64,000 nt of DNA, from assembly GCA_951406725.2 (NCBI GenBank), contig OX597827.1:38564001-38628000 (forward strand), read 5' to 3'. This stretch comes from Octopus vulgaris. Its lineage: Eukaryota. Of the stretch, positions 60,901 to 64,000 are shown piece by piece (position 1 is the stretch's first letter; each line of letters starts with the position of its first letter). The position numbers and the translations under genes were made by a program. The notes under the pieces were generated by a model. It searched no databases and was not told where the DNA came from. It worked only from the letters and a program-made list of their open reading frames with translations.

Positions 60901-62465
60901 TTGTTAGTAGTTAAAAAGGCCATTGTAAATTCAAACTTTACTACCTCAACAGTTACTGAGTTATAAGCTTTTAAGGTACTTTATACCGGTTTCTTTATGA
61001 TTTTTTCTCTCTCTCTCTCTCTCATACATCAACAATCACAGGTAGAATAGATTTATCATCTTCATCATTTTACATCCACTTTCCCTGGTGTCATGAATTG
61101 GGCAGATTATCACAGTCCAAATCATTTCTCATTTAGAGAACCTCATCTCACTCATACAAGAAATGAAAATATGCAGTGGTTTCCATGGGTTTTCTTATTT
61201 TCTATTTTTATGAAAATAGGGGTTCTTTTGAACATGCAGATTCATCACAATTTTTTTTAAAGATATACATACTTGTTTTTTGGGCTTTTTTTCTGCTAAG
61301 GTGTATACACTATTGGGTTTGCTCTGTTTGCTTAAATCCTCTAAAAGCTTTGCTGGGTAAATATGTCCTCATTTGAATGACTGCTACTGGGTTCTTAGCT
61401 GAACACACTATTTTGTGAATGTTTTGTTTGGTGAAGGTTTCTTTTGATGAACATGTTAGGTTAAAGTGAACATTTTGCTATCCAGTGAACAAACTCCTTC
61501 AAGTAAACAAAGCTTTGGATAAGAGATACCTTTTATTATTAGCTAGTCAGAAGAAACAGTGTGACTCTCTTAATCTTTACAAACCTTCGTAAGTCTGGTG
61601 ATTAATGCTAAAGTGATTGTTCCAAATTTTCCCTTGAAAATCACATTTAAAAGTAATTGGAGATGAATTGATCAACAACGAATTGACTGGAGACAAATTA
61701 ACCAACAACGAAATAACCAGGGATGAATTGTCCCAGCACTGTGTTCGTGTGTGTGTGTGCAGGCAGGCATTGCTATGAGGTTTTGGGTTCAATCCCACTG
61801 CATGGCACCTTAACTGTCTTTGTGTCTTCTATTATAACCTACCAAAACCTTATAAATGGATTTGGTAGATAGAAACTGAAAGATTATTGTGTGTGTGTGT
61901 AGGTGCAGGCATGGCACTAGTTAAGAAGCTAGTGTCTCAAGCATGTGCTCTTGGTTTCAGTCTCACGGTCTGGCACCTTGGGCGAGTGTCTTCTACTATA
62001 GCTCCAGAAACTGAAAGAAGCCCAACGTATATGTATGTTTATTATATATGTGTGTGCTTCTTTTGTCTTGACATCATGTACATGAGCATCACTTGATGTT
62101 CGTTTATTGTTTTCCCTGATGAAATATTACCTTGCTTGGAAACGAGTGAGGGTTGGCAACAGGAAGAGTATCCAGCTATAGAACAATATCTATCTCAACA
62201 AATTCTGCTAGTTCATGCAAGCATGGAAAAAGGGACATAAAAATGATGATGGTGTGTGTGTGTGTGTATGTGAGCATGCATCTTGCTTAGTTTTGCAAAG
62301 GTGGCAGTGATGTTGTCATTTCTCCTATCAACAAATCATCCATTTACTTTGTACCTTCGAAGCCAGGTGAAATAAGAGATCCTTTCTTCGAAAAACAAGT
62401 ATGGGTTAGAGAAAGGAAGAGCATCCAGCTGTAAATCAATACCGCAGTAACACATTCGTCTAACT

Positions 62466-62711
62466 CAGTGGCTCTCAACCATTTTTTTGTACCAATGGAC
62501 CCCTTTGATTCCTGTTTTACTCAGGTGGATCCCCCACCCCCCATAGCCATCTGATGTTTTAAAAAATCCTATTTTATAATTAACTAATTAACTATTATTA
62601 GGAATTGCTTAAAATGATTGAAATATTTTGTGTATTGTAGAAGTATAACCAATTTATTGCACATACATTTTAATGACAAAATTTTATATGGACCCCAGTT
62701 GAAAACCACTG
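62466..62711. mobile_element. hAT (Charlie-like) MITE nested in an RTE tail
   Basis: cagtggctctcaacc...gttgaaaaccactg; flanks gtctaact and atctaacc. Confidence 0.8.
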
Positions 62712-62825
62712 ATCTAACCCATGTACGCATATAACAAAAAAAAGACATAAATCAAACACTTACATATACAATATAACTGAAAAAATTTGGTGTCAAGCAT
62801 AACTAATATATAGATATATATTATA

Positions 62826-63185
62826 GGATCTTTACCTTTTGCCCGACAGATTTAAAAAATAATTTTTGTAACTAAACACTTTCAAAGTTTGTATACTTGT
62901 AGAATGTGTCACATAAAACATCTTTTACTCTTCGCATTGTTGAGAAAATTCTGTACTTTGGAAATTATTTTTTGTTTTATTCAGCTGAATACACATGATT
63001 GATTGGTTGAAATTACCAAAATACGATAACTTTAACAAAAAATAACTTCCAAAATACAGAATTTTCTCAACAATGCCAAGAGTAAAAGATGTTTTATGTG
63101 ACACATTCTACCAGTATACAAAATTTGAAAGTGTTTAGTTACAAAAAATTACTTTTTAAATCTGTCAGTCAAAAGGTAAAGATCC
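62826..63185. mobile_element. Foldback MITE with GGATC termini and perfect 8-bp TSD, related to 11098-11884
   Basis: atattata at 62818-62825 and 63186-63193. Inverted arms of about 150 bp share taactaaacactt...tatact.gtagaatgtg...ataaaaca with the 11-kb element. Confidence 0.9.
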
Positions 63186-63521
63186 ATATTATATATATAG
63201 CATGGGTGGAACGGTGCCACAAGAGCTGGCCAGGCCAAAGCCTGCACCAGACTTCTGTGTCTGTCTTGGCAGGATTTTTACAGCTGGATGCCCTTCCTAA
63301 CACAAATTTATTTATTTATATCTGCTTATATAGTAACTAAAAATTGTCTGCATTTACTAGCTTCTGTAATATCCCCTTTTAATGGGTTATGTCTTTATAA
63401 CCCTTCATTTGCATATCTTCATATTTGAATAATCAGGATTATTCTATTAATGATTGCACTGAGCAATAATTTTTTTCTTTTTTTTTTCTAATCCTAACAA
63501 TGCTTTCCATTTAACAACAAG

Positions 63522-63527
63522 GAACAG
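63522..63527 (+). CDS. SPPL2: Candidate 6-nt microexon GAACAG (Glu-Gln) of SPPL2-like gene
   Basis: Poly-U tract at about 63470-63487, CTAAC at 63494-63498, TGC at 63501-63503, aag acceptor and consensus CAG|GTAAGT donor; phase 0-0. Confidence 0.5.
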
Positions 63528-64000
63528 GTAAGTGATTAACTCCTCTTCGTCTTTCTATTCACTGCAAAATTATAAAAAGTTTCTGTCCTGCACTTTGGTT
63601 TGTCTTCAAGTGTTTAAAAATTAAATCATAGCAACAATAATATCAAGTGGCTCTAGTTTTGTTGCTTTCTGCTGATATTTTGGCATGCAGTGAAGGCTAC
63701 TTTTATTGGTGGCATTGTTCAAAGCTGATGATTTCTTTCGTCCTTTAAACAAAACAAATGTTTGTCTCAGCAGTGTTAGAGGGAATCATCAGTTTCTGCT
63801 TTTTTCTGTCTGTCTTTCTTTTTTTTTGCGATTGTACAAAAACCACTAGAAATTGACTTTTAACCCATTAGCATTCAAAACAGCTGAAACCTACTACCAT
63901 ACTGTTTCAGGTAATTAGTCTATTGCTCTTTGAAGAAAAACAGGCAAAATAAAAAATCACAATCTCACAGTTAGTTATGCCATTCCCACACACATCTTTA

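Noticed and set aside
57142-64000. Remaining SPPL2 exons (LPxVxxVP, LGFGD, QPALLY)
   Set aside because: Not found by eye in this interval. They probably lie beyond the window, so their absence is not evidence of pseudogenisation.

Overview
AT-rich, repeat-dense eukaryotic DNA. The SINE, RTE and MITE repertoire is most consistent with a coleoid cephalopod (Octopus-like); this is inference. Nearly all ORFs in the supplied track are spurious. The one real host gene is a + strand, multi-exon signal peptide peptidase-like 2 (SPPL2A/B-type GxGD intramembrane aspartyl protease). Ten core exons from 22268 to 54341 splice in phase and encode the PA domain through the catalytic YD motif. The first coding exon is not securely placed, and the GxGD/PAL exons lie beyond 64000. 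Three extra frame-preserving exons were found by hand: a 51-nt cassette (34586-34636), a 54/75-nt exon with two donors (57067-57120/57141) and a 6-nt GAACAG microexon candidate (63522-63527). The rest is transposon debris: Tc1, mariner, Helitron helicase, Penelope GIY-YIG, Tx1-like and RTE LINE fragments, tRNA-SINEs, and hAT-, piggyBac-, pogo- and GGATC-ended MITEs. The most unusual non-coding signal is three distinct minimal type I hammerhead-ribozyme motifs, each in or beside an inverted repeat. One sits inside a palindromic tRNA-headed insertion with a 13-bp target-site duplication.
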